This document shows positions 1-12,936 of a DNA stretch of 64,000 bases, piece by piece; within the stretch, counting starts at the first letter, position 1, and every line of letters begins with the position of its first letter. Source of the DNA: Octopus vulgaris. Lineage: Eukaryota. The notes below the pieces were generated by a model that saw nothing but the letters and a program-made list of their open reading frames with translations, had not been told where the DNA came from and ran no database searches. The stretch spans positions 35,092,001-35,156,000 of the forward strand of contig OX597831.1 in the NCBI GenBank assembly GCA_951406725.2. Direction: 5' to 3'. Position numbers and translations under genes: made by a program.

Positions 1-2078
1 TTTTGTATCATCTGCATAACTTGTGATCGTGGATCTCTGCGTGGCTGAGGGCATGTCTGAGAGGGCCATTATGAACAGTAGTGGTCCCAAAACAGTGCCC
101 TGTGGAACACCGCTCACTATTTGCGTGCTAATGGAAGTGGCCCCATTGGCTACTACCACCTGACTTCTATTCTTCAGAAAGTCATGAAGCCATTCTCCTA
201 GTTTTCCAACTATGCCAAGATCACGCAGTTTGTGACATATCATTCCATGATCGACTTTATCGAAGGTCTTTGCGAAGTCGAGATATATGACTTCAACATT
301 TGAGTGGTTGAGCAGTTGTTTCAGCACCCAGTCATAGTGCTGCAGGAGCTGAGTTAAGCAGCTTCTTCCTGGTCGGAAACCATGTTGGGTGTCAGGCAGC
401 AAGTCATTTTCTTCAAGGAAGGTGATTAGTTTCCTTCTGACTATTCGTTCCATGACCTTGCTGATGTGTGAGGTCAGAGAGATAGGTCTGTAATTCTTGG
501 CCTCCGCTCTGCTACCTCCTTTATGAATAGGGCATATTTTACCTTCCTTCAGTCCCCTTGGAAGTTTGCCAGCTGCAAGGAAGCTCTGAAAGAGGAACTG
601 CAGTGGTCTTGCTAAGACTCTCTTACATACTTTTAGGAGGATTGCCGGGAATCCATCGGGGCCAATAGCTGAGTCTATTTTCATTTCATCTATAGCCTTT
701 ATTACATCGTCTTCCTTTATATCGATGTAATTTATCGTCGCCGCCTCTGATTCTATATCTGCAGTGGTAAAGAAGTCAGTTGGATTGCTGATTTGGAAAT
801 GCCCAAGGGGTGGAGTGAAAACACTCTTGAATTGTTCATTCAGTATTTCACTTACCCTCATTGGTTTTCCTGTGAGTGTGCCATCCTTTTCAAGGAGTGG
901 CCCTATCCTACAGTGCACCGTAGCTGTTTCTTTGGCATACCTGTAGAAAGCTCTGGGGTTAGTTTTTATGTTGTCTATAGCCCAGGCTTCTTTGTCTGCT
1001 CTTTCCTTCTCATGGGAGAGTTGCAGACAATTTTCAATTTCCAACAGTTTTATTTTCAGGCGGGACTTTTCACTGCTTTCAATTTGTTTGTTTAGGCGAT
1101 TTGAAATTTTTGTACGCCGTCTCATTAAAATTTTCCTCTCTCTGGGGATTTTGTTCTTGTGTACAGTGGCCTTTCTCTCTGGGACACATTTGTAGCATAT
1201 GGCTTGCATTACAGACATGAATTGTTGAAGTATCATGTCGATGTCCGGCGAGGAGAGACATTCAGGCCAGTTTTATTTGAGGATCTCTTTCTCAATTTGT
1301 TTCCAGTTTGCCTTATTGAAGTTCAAGCTGGAAAGATTCTGAGGGTTTCTTGTAGGCTGCATGTCCGTGCTCTCTTTTGGCCCGTACATGGTCAGCTCTA
1401 CCATGTTGTGATCCGAGAGTAGTGTCGGTGTCACTTTCACATTATGGATGAGATCCATATTATTTGTGAAGCAGAGATCCAGTGTGTTACCTGCTCTGGT
1501 TGGTTGCAGTATTACTTGCTCCATGTACAGGGTGTTGGTGAGGTTCAGGAGGGACCTCGCCTGTCCACGTTCACATCTTGTCATTCCTGGGAGAGAAAGG
1601 CCCTCGGGCCATCTGACATTCGGTAGATTGAAGTCTCCCATGAGAAGTACACTTATGTGTTGTTCTAATGTGGTTAGAACTTCTTCTATTTTTATAAGGC
1701 AGTCCTCAAACTTGCCCATATGACTTGGGGCATCTGGAGGGCGATATGTAGCACACACAACTACATCAAGTTGCCTTATGTGTACAATTAGTGTGTCACA
1801 CACCGAGTTTGAGTATGACAAAAGGACCTGGGGTGTGAGGTCCCCACGGATGTACATAGCAACTCCTCCATGACTCCTTTCTTTCCTGTCGGTCCGTAGT
1901 ACAACATACTGTGGTATGTGTAATTCCGCATCTGCTATGTCCGGTTTCAGATGCGTTTCTGTGAGTGCTATGCATAAGGCTTGATTGCATGCGACAAAGT
2001 CTCTCAGGAACGGGACTTTTGTCCTGTTACTGTGTGTTAGTAGTCCTCTGATGTTCAGTAGGAGCATCGAGGTGAGGT
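1..2078 (-). mobile_element. LINE ORF2 (APE endonuclease + reverse transcriptase), CR1/L2/Jockey group; 5'-truncated and runs off the window start
   Basis: ORF 1273..2067 has APE motifs (LNIRGL, LTETHL, GGVAMY, YRPP, MGDFN, TLDLCF, SDH). The same frame continues past TAA at 1273-1275 through NYRPISLTS, QHGF, VIYLDFAKTFDKVD, SGVPQGTVLGPLLF and YADD (codons at 7-18). Confidence 0.95.
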
Positions 2079-2407
2079 GTATGTATATATGTATAGAAAA
2101 ATTATTATTTCAAAAGAGACAACATAACAATTAATCAATGATTAGAACTCCATATTAATCCATGTATATCTAAATCAAGTATTAAAACATATGTCCCCCA
2201 ATTATCTTTTGGTATTGTATATATTTAAATAATTTATGAAGTGTATACCCATGTGCATGATAAAACGAGAGATTTAGTGAAACACTTACGTATGACATCA
2301 TAAATTACGCTATTTTCACACATGTTTTACAAGTGTATACTTGTATGTCGTGCAGCTATTATTACATAGATAAGATACATGCGTGCATACATACATACAT
2401 ACATACA

Positions 2408-2439
<32 letters not shown>

Positions 2440-2484
2440 CATACATACATGGCCACTAGTAATGGTAACATTATGTTTTGTGCC

Positions 2485-2615
2485 CTTGCCAGGACTTATT
2501 TTTTGTAAGCCCAGTACTTATTCTATTCGCCTCTTATGCTGGACTGCTAAGTTATGGGGACATAAACACACCAACATCGGCTGTGATGATAGTGGACAAA
2601 CACAGACACACATAC

Positions 2616-2664
<49 letters not shown>

Positions 2665-2815
2665 GCTTCTTTCAGTTTCCATCTACCAAATCTATTCACA
2701 AGACTTTGATTGGCCTGAGGCTAGTAGAAGACATTTGCCCAAGGTGCTACGCAGTGGGACTGAACCCGGAACCTTGTGGTTGGGAAGCAAGCTTCTTACC
2801 ACATAGCTACACCTA
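2485..2815 (-). mobile_element. tRNA-derived SINE family A copy
   Basis: Reverse complement matches the family at 19581-20012 (A-box TGGCTGTGTGGTAAG, B-box GGTTCAGTCCC, internal (TA)n(TG)n). Confidence 0.85.
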
Positions 2816-2869
2816 TGCCTATATGTATATATATATAAACATATAAGTACATACACATACATACTTACA

Positions 2870-3380
2870 TACACGCGTACATACATACATGCACATAAAT
2901 ACACACGTACATACATACATGCACATAAATACACACGTACATACATACATGCACATAAATACACACGTACATACATACATGCACATAATACACACGTACA
3001 TACATGCACATAAATACACACGTACATACATGCACATAAATACACACATACATACATACATGCACATAAATACACACGTACATACATACATGCACATAAA
3101 TACACACGTACATACATACATGCACATAAATACACATGTACATACATACATGCACATAAATACACACGTACATACATGCACATAAATACACACGTACATA
3201 CATACATGCACATAAATACATACGTACATACATGCACATAAATACATACGTACATACATGCACATAAATACATACGTACATACATACATGCACATAAATG
3301 CACACGTACATACATACATGCACATAAATACATACGTACATACATACATGCACATAAATACATATGTACATACATACATA
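2870..3380. repeat. 26-30 bp minisatellite derived from (CATA)n
   Basis: Tandem units of acatacatacatgcacataaatacacacgt with variable CATA count. Confidence 0.9.
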
Positions 3381-3545
3381 CACACACACCGGCATGCATA
3401 TGTAAACACACACACAGGCACACACACATACACGCATACACGCACACACGCACACACATACACACACACACATACACACATACACACATACATACATACA
3501 TACATACATACATACACGCATACATACATACATACATACATACAT

Positions 3546-4105
3546 AATATAATGATTTGGGATAGAGAAGAGAAACAGTGCACAGTTGTGGAAATTAGCT
3601 GCCCAGCAGATGTTAATATAAAGCTGAAGATCAGTGAAAAAGAGAGAACACCTATTCTGAACTATTGAGAAATTTACAGTTAATATATCCAGATTACAAG
3701 TTCCAATTTATACCTGTAATTATTGGGGCCCTAGGTTATGTAACAACTGCATAAATACCAATCTTGAAAAATTAGGTTTCTCAAAACAAGAAAGAAGATA
3801 GCTAATTCGAAAACTACAGATCCAATCCATCACTGGAACTGTAAAAATCTGTAAAACTTTCCAGAATTTTATCATTGAAATATACATGAGCATGTCTAGA
3901 TATGCAACTATATGCATGAGAATATATACATAAAGCATACACATCTACACATACATACATACATACATACATACATACATACATACATACATACATACAT
4001 ACATACCCTGTTGTTGATGTTGGAATTCCAAAGATGGTACCTTGGATCTTGGTTAGAAACCGGTTCTTTCTCTATTGGCAAGAAATCTTGAAATAAACTG
4101 AATAA
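3546..4105 (+). mobile_element. 3' end of RLE-type (R4/Dong/NeSL-like) non-LTR retrotransposon, copy 1
   Basis: Translates, with frameshifts, to IMIWDREEKQCTVVEISCPAD...IPVIIGALG...LQIQSITGTVKICKTF. A 3' UTR follows, ending aaataaactgaataa; (CATA)n on both sides. Confidence 0.8.
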
Positions 4106-4217
4106 TACATACATACATACATACATAACATACATGCATACATACATGCATACATACATAGATACATACATACATACATACATACATACATACATACATA
4201 CACGCATGCATACATAC

Positions 4218-4736
4218 AAATCAGTTGCCCAGTGAATCAACATTAATTCGAAGATCAATATGAAAGAAGACACCTACACTGAACTATTGAGAAATTTGCC
4301 GCTACTTTACTTGGATTACAAGTACAGATTTATACCTGTAATTATCGGAGCACTTGGATATGTAACCAACTGCCTCAGCACCAATCTTGAGAAATTAAGG
4401 TTCTCAAAAACCAGTGAAGAGAAAACTAATTAGAAGATTACAGATACAAGCCATCAATTGAACTGTCAAAATTTGTAAATCTTTCTCAAGTTTAGCAGTC
4501 AAGTATATAAACTGATGTCTAATCATGCAACAATATGCATGAGAATGCATACATACATAAAACAAAATATACAAATTTGCATATAAGCTAACTCCAGATA
4601 TTGCACACAAATGTATGGTCATGCACAAATCCTTTGCGGATGTTGTTTAAAATTCTAATGAAGGAGCCTTGAATCTAGCTCAGAAACTGACTCTTTTTCC
4701 ATTGGCAAGTAATTTAGAAATAAAACTAAATAATAG
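4218..4736 (+). mobile_element. RLE-type retrotransposon 3' end, copy 2
   Basis: Homologous to 3595-4105 (YTELLRNL...IPVIIGALG); flanked by (CATA)n. Confidence 0.8.
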
Positions 4737-4807
4737 CATGTATATGTACATACATACATACATACATACATACATACATACATACATACATACATACATA
4801 CATACAT

Positions 4808-5277
4808 CTGTCAAATGTAAGCCTAACAGGCCGGATATTGTTGTTAGGAACAGTGGGGCAAAGGTATGTACCATCACAGAGGTCACCTGCCCTGCAGATA
4901 TAAGATATAAATATCTCTTTGAAAATCAAAGAAAAAGAAGATATCTATAGACAACTGCTTTGAAACCTCCGGCTTCTATATCCAGACTATGAATTCATAT
5001 TCATACCAATAATAATTGGAGCACTAAGTTTTGTTGGTAAATGCTTAAAGGAGAATCTGGGTAAACTGAGATTTTCAGAAAGAGAAATTGACTGGTTAAT
5101 TCATGCATTACAAGTACAATCTGTGAGTGGAACAGTAAAAATATGCAAAACTTTTCTCAAGTTCCAAATGTGAGTTTGTCTGCTTTAACTAAATCCCAAA
5201 GATGGAGCCTTGTATCTTTGTTGGAAACCGGCTCCCTCCTCAGTGGAAGATTTATAATAGCTAAAAAAATAGAAGAT
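4808..5277 (+). mobile_element. RLE-type retrotransposon 3' end, copy 3 (diverged subfamily)
   Basis: KCKPNRPDIVVRNSGAKVCTITEVTCPAD contains the RPD...E..P motif of the PD-(D/E)xK nuclease; IPIIIGAL; begins directly after (CATA)n. Confidence 0.8.
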
Positions 5278-5287
5278 ACACACACAC

Positions 5288-5342
<55 letters not shown>

Positions 5343-5869
5343 TACATACGTACATACATACACACATACATACATACATACATACATACATACATACATA
5401 CACACCTGCCTGCCTGCCTACCTACCTGTCTACATGTCTGTCTATATATTCATATACATAGATGATAATTACCTCATCTTGTCAGATGCTGGCCATCACA
5501 CATTGAATGATAGTGAGACATCTATACGTCTCTGGATTTAAGTGACCAACGCTTGTACAAGACTTTTGCCACTCTCTCAGTTGCCATAGTAAATTCCAGT
5601 AACAAACAGCGCAAGATAACTGGTACTATTTTGATTGCAAGTTTTTTGTGAGAGTGTCTTTCTTCTAGAAGAGCTACCTTCCCCACGGCTTTCTTCTAAC
5701 CTTAGGAAATATATTTACAACATAGATGGAAACATGACAGGTATTACCATTCCAGATTAGAATGGACCTGGGAACAATTGTAATTAAGGGATGACTCCAC
5801 TCTCCCCACAGTTTTAGAACACCCAAACTGGAGCCTTACTACTGGATGTAGTTTAATACCATATCCAGG

Positions 5870-6470
5870 ACATACATACACACATACATACATGCATACA
5901 TACATACATGCATACCATTGTACATACATACAAACATACTTACATATAGACACACATACATACATACATACATACATCCCATCATACATACACACATATA
6001 CATACATACATACATACATACATACATACATACATACATCCCATCATGCATACACACATATACATACATACATACATACATACCATTGTACATATATACA
6101 AACATACGTACATATATACACACATACATGCATACATACATACACACATACATACATGCATGCATACATACATACATACATACATACATACATACCATTG
6201 TACATGCAAACAAACATACGTACATATATACACACATACATACATACATACATCCCATCATACATACACACATATACATACATACATACATACACACACA
6301 CACATACATACATACGTACATACACACATATGTATATACCATCATACATACACACATACATGTATACATACATATACACACACATACATACATACATACA
6401 TACATCCCATCATACATACACACACATACATACATACATACTCACACATACATACATACACACACTATAA
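5870..6470. repeat. Compound (CATA)n with higher-order structure
   Basis: Recurring cataccattgtaca and catcccatcata landmarks separated by CATA/CA runs. Confidence 0.8.
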
Positions 6471-6520
6471 ATGATCGCAATATCTGAGACAATAAAAATC
6501 TGCAAGACCTTAAGATTTAA

Positions 6521-6742
6521 CCCTTTAGCATTCAAACTGGCCATATCCAGCGAAAATATTCTATCTGTTTTATTTCAAACTGGTCAGATCTGGTTTATGT
6601 CATCTACCCGATAATTTTCATTCTTAAAATAAACAATCACATCAACAAAATCCCTCTAAGCTACGAGATAATGCATGATTAATTTAAAGCAATATGAATA
6701 AGTAAGCATTAAGCCTGACAGAATAATCTGAGTAGTGAAGGG
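6521..6742. mobile_element. TTAA-flanked MITE (piggyBac-like)
   Basis: ttaa|CCCTTTAGCA ... GAAGGG|ttaa; homologous to 61350-61569. Confidence 0.7.
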
Positions 6743-6969
6743 TTAAAGGATAATGAACAAAATAAGATGCTTTCCTTCCCATCCTCATTACCAAGTGGGT
6801 GGCCAATTAAAATTTACTCTGAATTAAAAAGAGAAAGGGAAGACATACATACATATGTATGTATGTATGTATGTATGCATCCATGCATGTATGTATGCAT
6901 CCATGCATGTATGTATGTATGTATGTATGTATCCATGCATGTATGTATGTATGTATGTATGTATGTATG

Positions 6970-7119
6970 TAGGCGCAAGAGTGGCTGTGTGGTAAGTAGC
7001 TTGCTTACCAACCACATGTTCAAGTGTCTTCTACTATAGCGCCAGGCTGACCAAAGCTTTCTGAGTGGATTTAGTAGACGGAAACTGAAAGAAGCCCACC
7101 ATATATATGTATGTATGTA

Positions 7120-7168
<49 letters not shown>

Positions 7169-7392
7169 ATGTGTGCGTATATGTTTGTGTGTCTGTGTTT
7201 GTCTCCCCAACATCGCTTGACAACCGATGGTGGTGTGTTTACATCCCCGTAACCTAGCAGTTCATCAAAAGAGACTGATAGAATAAGTACTAGGCTTCCA
7301 AAGAATATGTCCTTTGATCGATTTGCTCAATTAAAGGTGGTGCTCTAGCTTGGCCACAGTCAAATGACTGAAACAAATAAAAGAGTAAAGAG
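6970..7392 (+). mobile_element. SINE family A (internal deletion across the B-box)
   Basis: Head aggcgcaagagtggctgtgtggtaag; tail gactgaaacaaataaaagag. Confidence 0.85.
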
Positions 7393-7425
7393 TACATACA
7401 TACATACATACATACATACATACAT

Positions 7426-8275
7426 GCAGCACAGCTGAAGATCATTGAAAAACAGAATACCTACACTGAACTATTGAGAAATCTACAGTTACTCTATCCA
7501 GATTACACGTTCAGGTTTATACCTGTAATTATAGGGGCACTGGGATATGTAACACACTGCCTGAATACCAATCTTGAGAAATTAGGCTTCTCAAAACTAG
7601 AAAGGAGAAAGTTAATTTGAAGACTACAGATCCAGTCCATCACTGGAACTAAAAATCTGTAAAACTTTCCAGAAGTTTATCATTTAAATCATCATCATCA
7701 TCATCATCATCACCATCATCACCATCATCACCACCATCACCACCACCACCACCATCACCACCATCACCACCACCACCACCATCATCATCATTGTTTAACG
7801 TCCGCTTTCCATGCTAGCATGAGTTGGACGATTTGACTGAGGACTGGTGAACCAAATGGCTGCACCAGGCTCCAATCTGATCTGGCAGAGTTTCTACAGT
7901 TGAATGCCCTTCCTAATGCCAACCACTTTGAGAGTGTACTGGGTGCTTTTACGTGCCACCGGCATGAGGGCCAGTCAGGTGGTACAAGTAACAGCCACAC
8001 TCAAATGGTGTTTTTTACGTGCCACCTGCACAGGACCCAGTCCAGTAGCGCTGGCAACAACCTCGCTCGAATGTTTTTTCACGTACCACCGGCACAAGTG
8101 CTAGTTAGGCGATGCTGGTAATGATAAATATATATGAGTATGTCTAGATATGCAACTATATGCATGAGAATACATACATAAAGCAAAACATGCAAATCTG
8201 CACACAACCAGCCAGTCTACCAACCAACCAACCAACCACCCTAATACCCACCCTGTTGTTGATGTTGAAATTCTA
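7426..8275 (+). mobile_element. RLE-type retrotransposon 3' end, copy 4, interrupted at 7689-8121
   Basis: 7426-7688 matches copy 1 coding end; 8122-8275 resumes the copy 1 3' UTR (tgtctagatatgcaactatatgcatgagaa). Confidence 0.8.
7689..8121 (-). mobile_element. (GAT)n-tailed retroposon family C
   Basis: (CAT/CAC)n followed by tttaacgtccgctttccatgc...gatgcccttcctaa motif. Further copies at about 12475-12878 (+), 12973-13270 (-), 22235-22490 (-) and 46715-47130 (-). Confidence 0.75.
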
Positions 8276-9837
8276 CTTGGAGTCAAGTTTGCCTTTTCAT
8301 ATTTTTCAAGTCAATAAATAAAATAAAAATAAAAAGTGGTGAACTGACGGAATCATTAGGGCACCAGACAGGGTAACTTGTGGTAATTATTGTGGCTCTC
8401 TATTTTCTAGGTTCAAATCCTGCTGATGCCAGCTTGGTCGTTCGTACTTCTGGGGTCAATAAATAAAGTACCATTTTAGAGAAATGGACCAGCAGACTGG
8501 TTCAAGTTATTTAAATATCTTGTAGTTTTTGTTCCATCTCTTTGTAGTATTTTGTGTTCAAATCCTGCCATGGATGCCCCTATAAATGGGTGCGAATGTT
8601 CATCTAACTCATTAAGTCTGTAAAAATCATACTTAATTTTATTAACCCCAGAAAGATAAAATGGCACCCAAAATATATTTGTCCCAAGAGTTGAGGACTT
8701 TTTATTTAGACACCCAAAAATACTTTGCTCATTATTTAAACCCAAGGTCATATCTGTGATCAAAGACATTTGTTGTGGTGGTACCATTTTTTTCTTTTAT
8801 ATTCAGGTATTCAGTCTCTTGGATTATGTTATCCAATGTGTTCTGTTTTTGTTTTTGGTATAATTTTAAGTGAATTTGGTTGCTGTATCTAGCAAATTGA
8901 CTGGTCACATAGAAGCTCTCTTGTTAGCTTGCAGATACTTTCGATGCATCCACCTGCAAATCCTTCACAACTGTATAAATATATATATACATTCTTTAGT
9001 GGAATGTCAACTTAACCTACATACATGTATCTGACAATCTTCAAATAAAAATCCTTAACATGACAAATAAGTCAACTGCTACCCATTGCTTGTCATATCT
9101 ACTACTACTCAGTGAGTCGGTGGAGGGAATGGGAATCCCTATATGGCTGCATAACTTGCTAGAAACAACAGCCAGATCTCACATTATCTCACGTTTCTCT
9201 CATTATCTCTGGTTATCTTACATTGGATGAAATTTATCTAGATCTAATGCAAACAATGTCACAGCTACAAACAATGTCACAGCTACAAAAAGTGCTAAAT
9301 CTACCTTAAATCACCTCCTAGTGATTTAGCAAAAGAAGGACTTATTGAATAATGTGTCCTTCCTTGGGCTGGTCACAGCTGGAATGTCTTTGATAATAGG
9401 TCTGGGTTGACATGAGACTACACCACAACATAAATTACAAATGCATCTACAAACCAATGAGGGATCTTTGTTTAGTTACAATTTCAGTTTAATTGCTATT
9501 TCAAGTTTGTACAGCTTGAGATAACAGCTAAATCTTCCTTAAAACACTTTTTACTCTCTTGAATTAAAGAAGGAAACATTATACACTGCAATAATCTATA
9601 TAGGTGTAGGCATGACTCTTGGCACAGACTTGGTTGTGTGGTTAAGAAGCTTGCTTTGCAACCATGTGGTTTTGGTTTCAGTCCCACTACACAGCATCTT
9701 GGGCAAGTGTCATCTATTATAGACAGGGGCTGACCAATGCTTTGTAAGGGTATTTGGTAGGCAGAAATTGTGTACAAAATAAGGCAGTGAGCTGGCAGAA
9801 ATGGGTGAAATGCATAGCAGTATTTTGTCTGCCATTA

Positions 9838-10560
9838 TGTTTATTGGACAAAATGGAAACTTGTCAGGATGAATAATTCCAATGTGTTTTGGGTAACTTT
9901 GGAAATCACCTTCCAGCGATTTCATCTTTGAGACAAAGTTGAAATTCCTTTTAAAGTTTGGAAGAAAACTTGACAATCGCAAATACTCAAAGCTGATCGA
10001 AAGAGCACCAAGTTAAGTGAAAGTGCATAACAATGTACATATATAACATTTACACTGAACATCTCCTTTATTCTTGCTTGAACTCCAATCAAATGCCCAG
10101 CTATCATACTTGCTCCGTCATAAGTTTGTGCTGTTAATTTTTTACCACAGTTGAATTCATTAACAAATTTTCGAACTTCTGTTTGTGATGCAGTTTTTCT
10201 GTCTTTACTGACATCAATGAATTCAAAAATCCCTTCTTGAGTTTTTCCCTTCTTATCAACAAATCACAAAATGTGTGACAACTGAGATTTCATTTGAAGG
10301 TCTGTAGTCTCACCAAGCATAACAGCAACAAATACGGTTTTTTTTTTTCTTAATTTCACCTTCACTTGTAGCAGCTATACAATTAAATGATCACACTTTC
10401 AATATCACTTGAAAGTCCAGAAAATGTGCAGTTGGTATTTTACTTCATGAAATCTAAATGCAATCTTAAACCATCATTGTATTCTGCTACTGCTTCACAT
10501 AAATCCAGAAAATTACCCTTATTGTTTGTTTGATTCTTCTGTTTCATTGTGACCTCCAAA
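9838..10560 (-). mobile_element. hAT-family (ZMYM1/DUF4371-like) transposase remnant
   Basis: Minus-strand fragments NKGNFLDL, FVAVMLGETTD...QLS, AQTYDGASM, YVHCYA.SLNLVL; multiple stops and frameshifts. Confidence 0.8.
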
Positions 10561-11218
10561 TGGTAATTCTTGACAGGCCAAAATTTCAATACAATGAATT
10601 AACCTTTTCTCAACTGATCTATTATGGAACTGAATCAAAGCTGCTTTCCAGTGATCGACTGCTGGATCAATTCATTGTCAGCCAAAGGTTTTCAGAACAA
10701 TTATGGAATTCAGATGGTTCTGAGACTTTTGTGTTTTATCAAAGCTGTAATCAAATTGTGCAAATCACAGTAGCCAGTAATTGTCCATGTGCTGTTATGC
10801 TGACAAAATAACACACATGGGAAACAGAAAAAATTGTACAGAATGGGACATCCCATCTTTCACTCATACTGTTCATAATATGTGGAATCAAAATGATGAT
10901 GGCATTCCTTGCAGCTTACTTTGGTTTTGATTTCCATTTCAAGCTTTGGTTTCTCTTTTCTGAGCAATGCATCTTGTTGCAAAGGTCAGAAAAGTCAAGA
11001 GGAAACTGAGCTAAATGACTCTTTTGCCATCGTGGGGGTGAATGAAACATGAAAAATGTTACTGGGTTATAATCTTTTTAAAGGAATCAAAGTTATATTC
11101 TAACAAAATTCATTGCTCTGAAGTGAGACCACATGAGTGAAAGGTAGATTGTATGACACATGTGTATGTGTTAGATGCGAGTTTACTTTTTCAGGCAACC
11201 ATTTTTAAATATTTTAAA

Positions 11219-11645
11219 TAGGTGCAGGTGTGGTTGTATGGTAAAAGTTTGCTTTCCAACCACATGGTTTCAGGTTCAGTCCCACTGCATGGAACCTTGA
11301 GCAAGCGTCTTCTACTATAGCCTCAGGCTAACCAAAGCCTTGTGAGTGGGTTTGGTAGATGGGAACTGAAAAAAAGCCTGTGGTATATATGTATGTATTG
11401 TTTTTATGTATGTGTGTGTGTGTGTTTGAATCTGTGTTTGTCCCCCATCGCTGCTTGACAACCTGTGTAGGTGCGTTTATGTTCCCATAACCCATAACCC
11501 AGCAGTTGGGCATGAGAGATCGATAGAAAAAGTACCAAACTTTAAAAAAAAAAGTATTATGGTCAATACATTTGACTAAAACTTTTTCAAGGTGGTGCCC
11601 CAGCATGGTCACAGTCTAATGACTAAAATGAGTAAAAGATAAAAG
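11219..11645 (+). mobile_element. SINE family A, older copy
   Basis: Same head, body and tail as 19581-20012, with many CpG-to-TpG changes. Confidence 0.8.
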
Positions 11646-12297
11646 CTAAAATATACAGCACCAAGTTAATCTTCAGCACCAAATTAATTGTAGGAAATAA
11701 ACCAGAATCAGCAATAGACTGAATTGACTAAATACTCAGTCCTTTGATCTCTGCTGTACAGGGCAGTAAATACTTCAACACTTCATGAGAAAATATATTG
11801 ACAGCATATTTGCTGGCTTAACATGACTGGAAGGCAAGCAGTAAAAAATCTGCTTTCCTTTGTCTTTCTCTCTCACTCTCTTCTTGCAGAGAATAATAGA
11901 ATACAAAGAAACTAACACCACTGCTTTTTCTTACTGTGACCCAAAGCAAGCAGGACAAAGGAAATTTTCTCTGCCTTTCCCTCTTTTGAACTCTCACTCT
12001 TTTGAGTTTTGTTTCACACACCCACCTCAAAAAGAACAGGAGAACAATTAATTCATTGCTTTTCCTTCTTTTTTGTCCCCCTCAGCAAATAGGAACTTTC
12101 TCTACTTACACTTGTTAAACGATATTGATTGCTTACAATTTATACTAAGAAATGGAAGAATGCGAAATACAAAAGAATATCACAATAGTAAAAGTTATCA
12201 ATAATTAAATTTCATATACAGAAGAATTATTTATTTTGGTAAAATAGTAAGGCATGCAATGAATGTGTTGCATACACAAATCCATTGCCTCTTCACA

Positions 12298-12462
<165 letters not shown>

Positions 12463-12847
12463 CCACCACTGTGCTTGAAGAGACCTTTGAGTCAAGTACA
12501 TCAACATCAAAATAAAAATCAAATGGAAATTGTAGTTGTGATACCCAGGCTGGTGGCACGTAAAAAACACCATCCGAACGTGACCGATGCCAGCAACACC
12601 TTGACTGGTGTCCGTGCCGGTGGCACGTAAAAAGCATCAACCGATTGTGAACGTTGCCACCCTCCTCTTGCCCCTGTGCCAGTGATATGTAAAAAGCACC
12701 CACTACACTTATGGAGTGGTTGGTGTTAGGAAGGGCATCCAGCTGTAGAAACACTGCCAGATCAGACTGGAGCCTGGTGCAGCCTCCTCACTTCCCAGAC
12801 CCCAGTCGAACCCTCCAACCGATGCTAGCATGGAAAGCAGATGTTAA

Positions 12848-12879
<32 letters not shown>

Positions 12880-12885
12880 ATGTGT

Positions 12886-12936
<51 letters not shown>

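Noticed and set aside
764-1723. Plus-strand ORFs over the LINE
   Set aside because: Antisense shadows of the minus-strand ORF2.
2692-6487. Long ORFs of MYVC/HTYI type (also at 12.2, 13.1, 15.1, 18.2, 36.2 and 42-43 kb)
   Set aside because: Translations of (CATA)n, (CA)n, (TA)n and (TCTA)n, which lack stop codons; open in several frames on both strands.
9250-9290. 18-bp tandem duplication (similar one at about 29363-29395)
   Set aside because: Ordinary slippage duplication with no sign of function.
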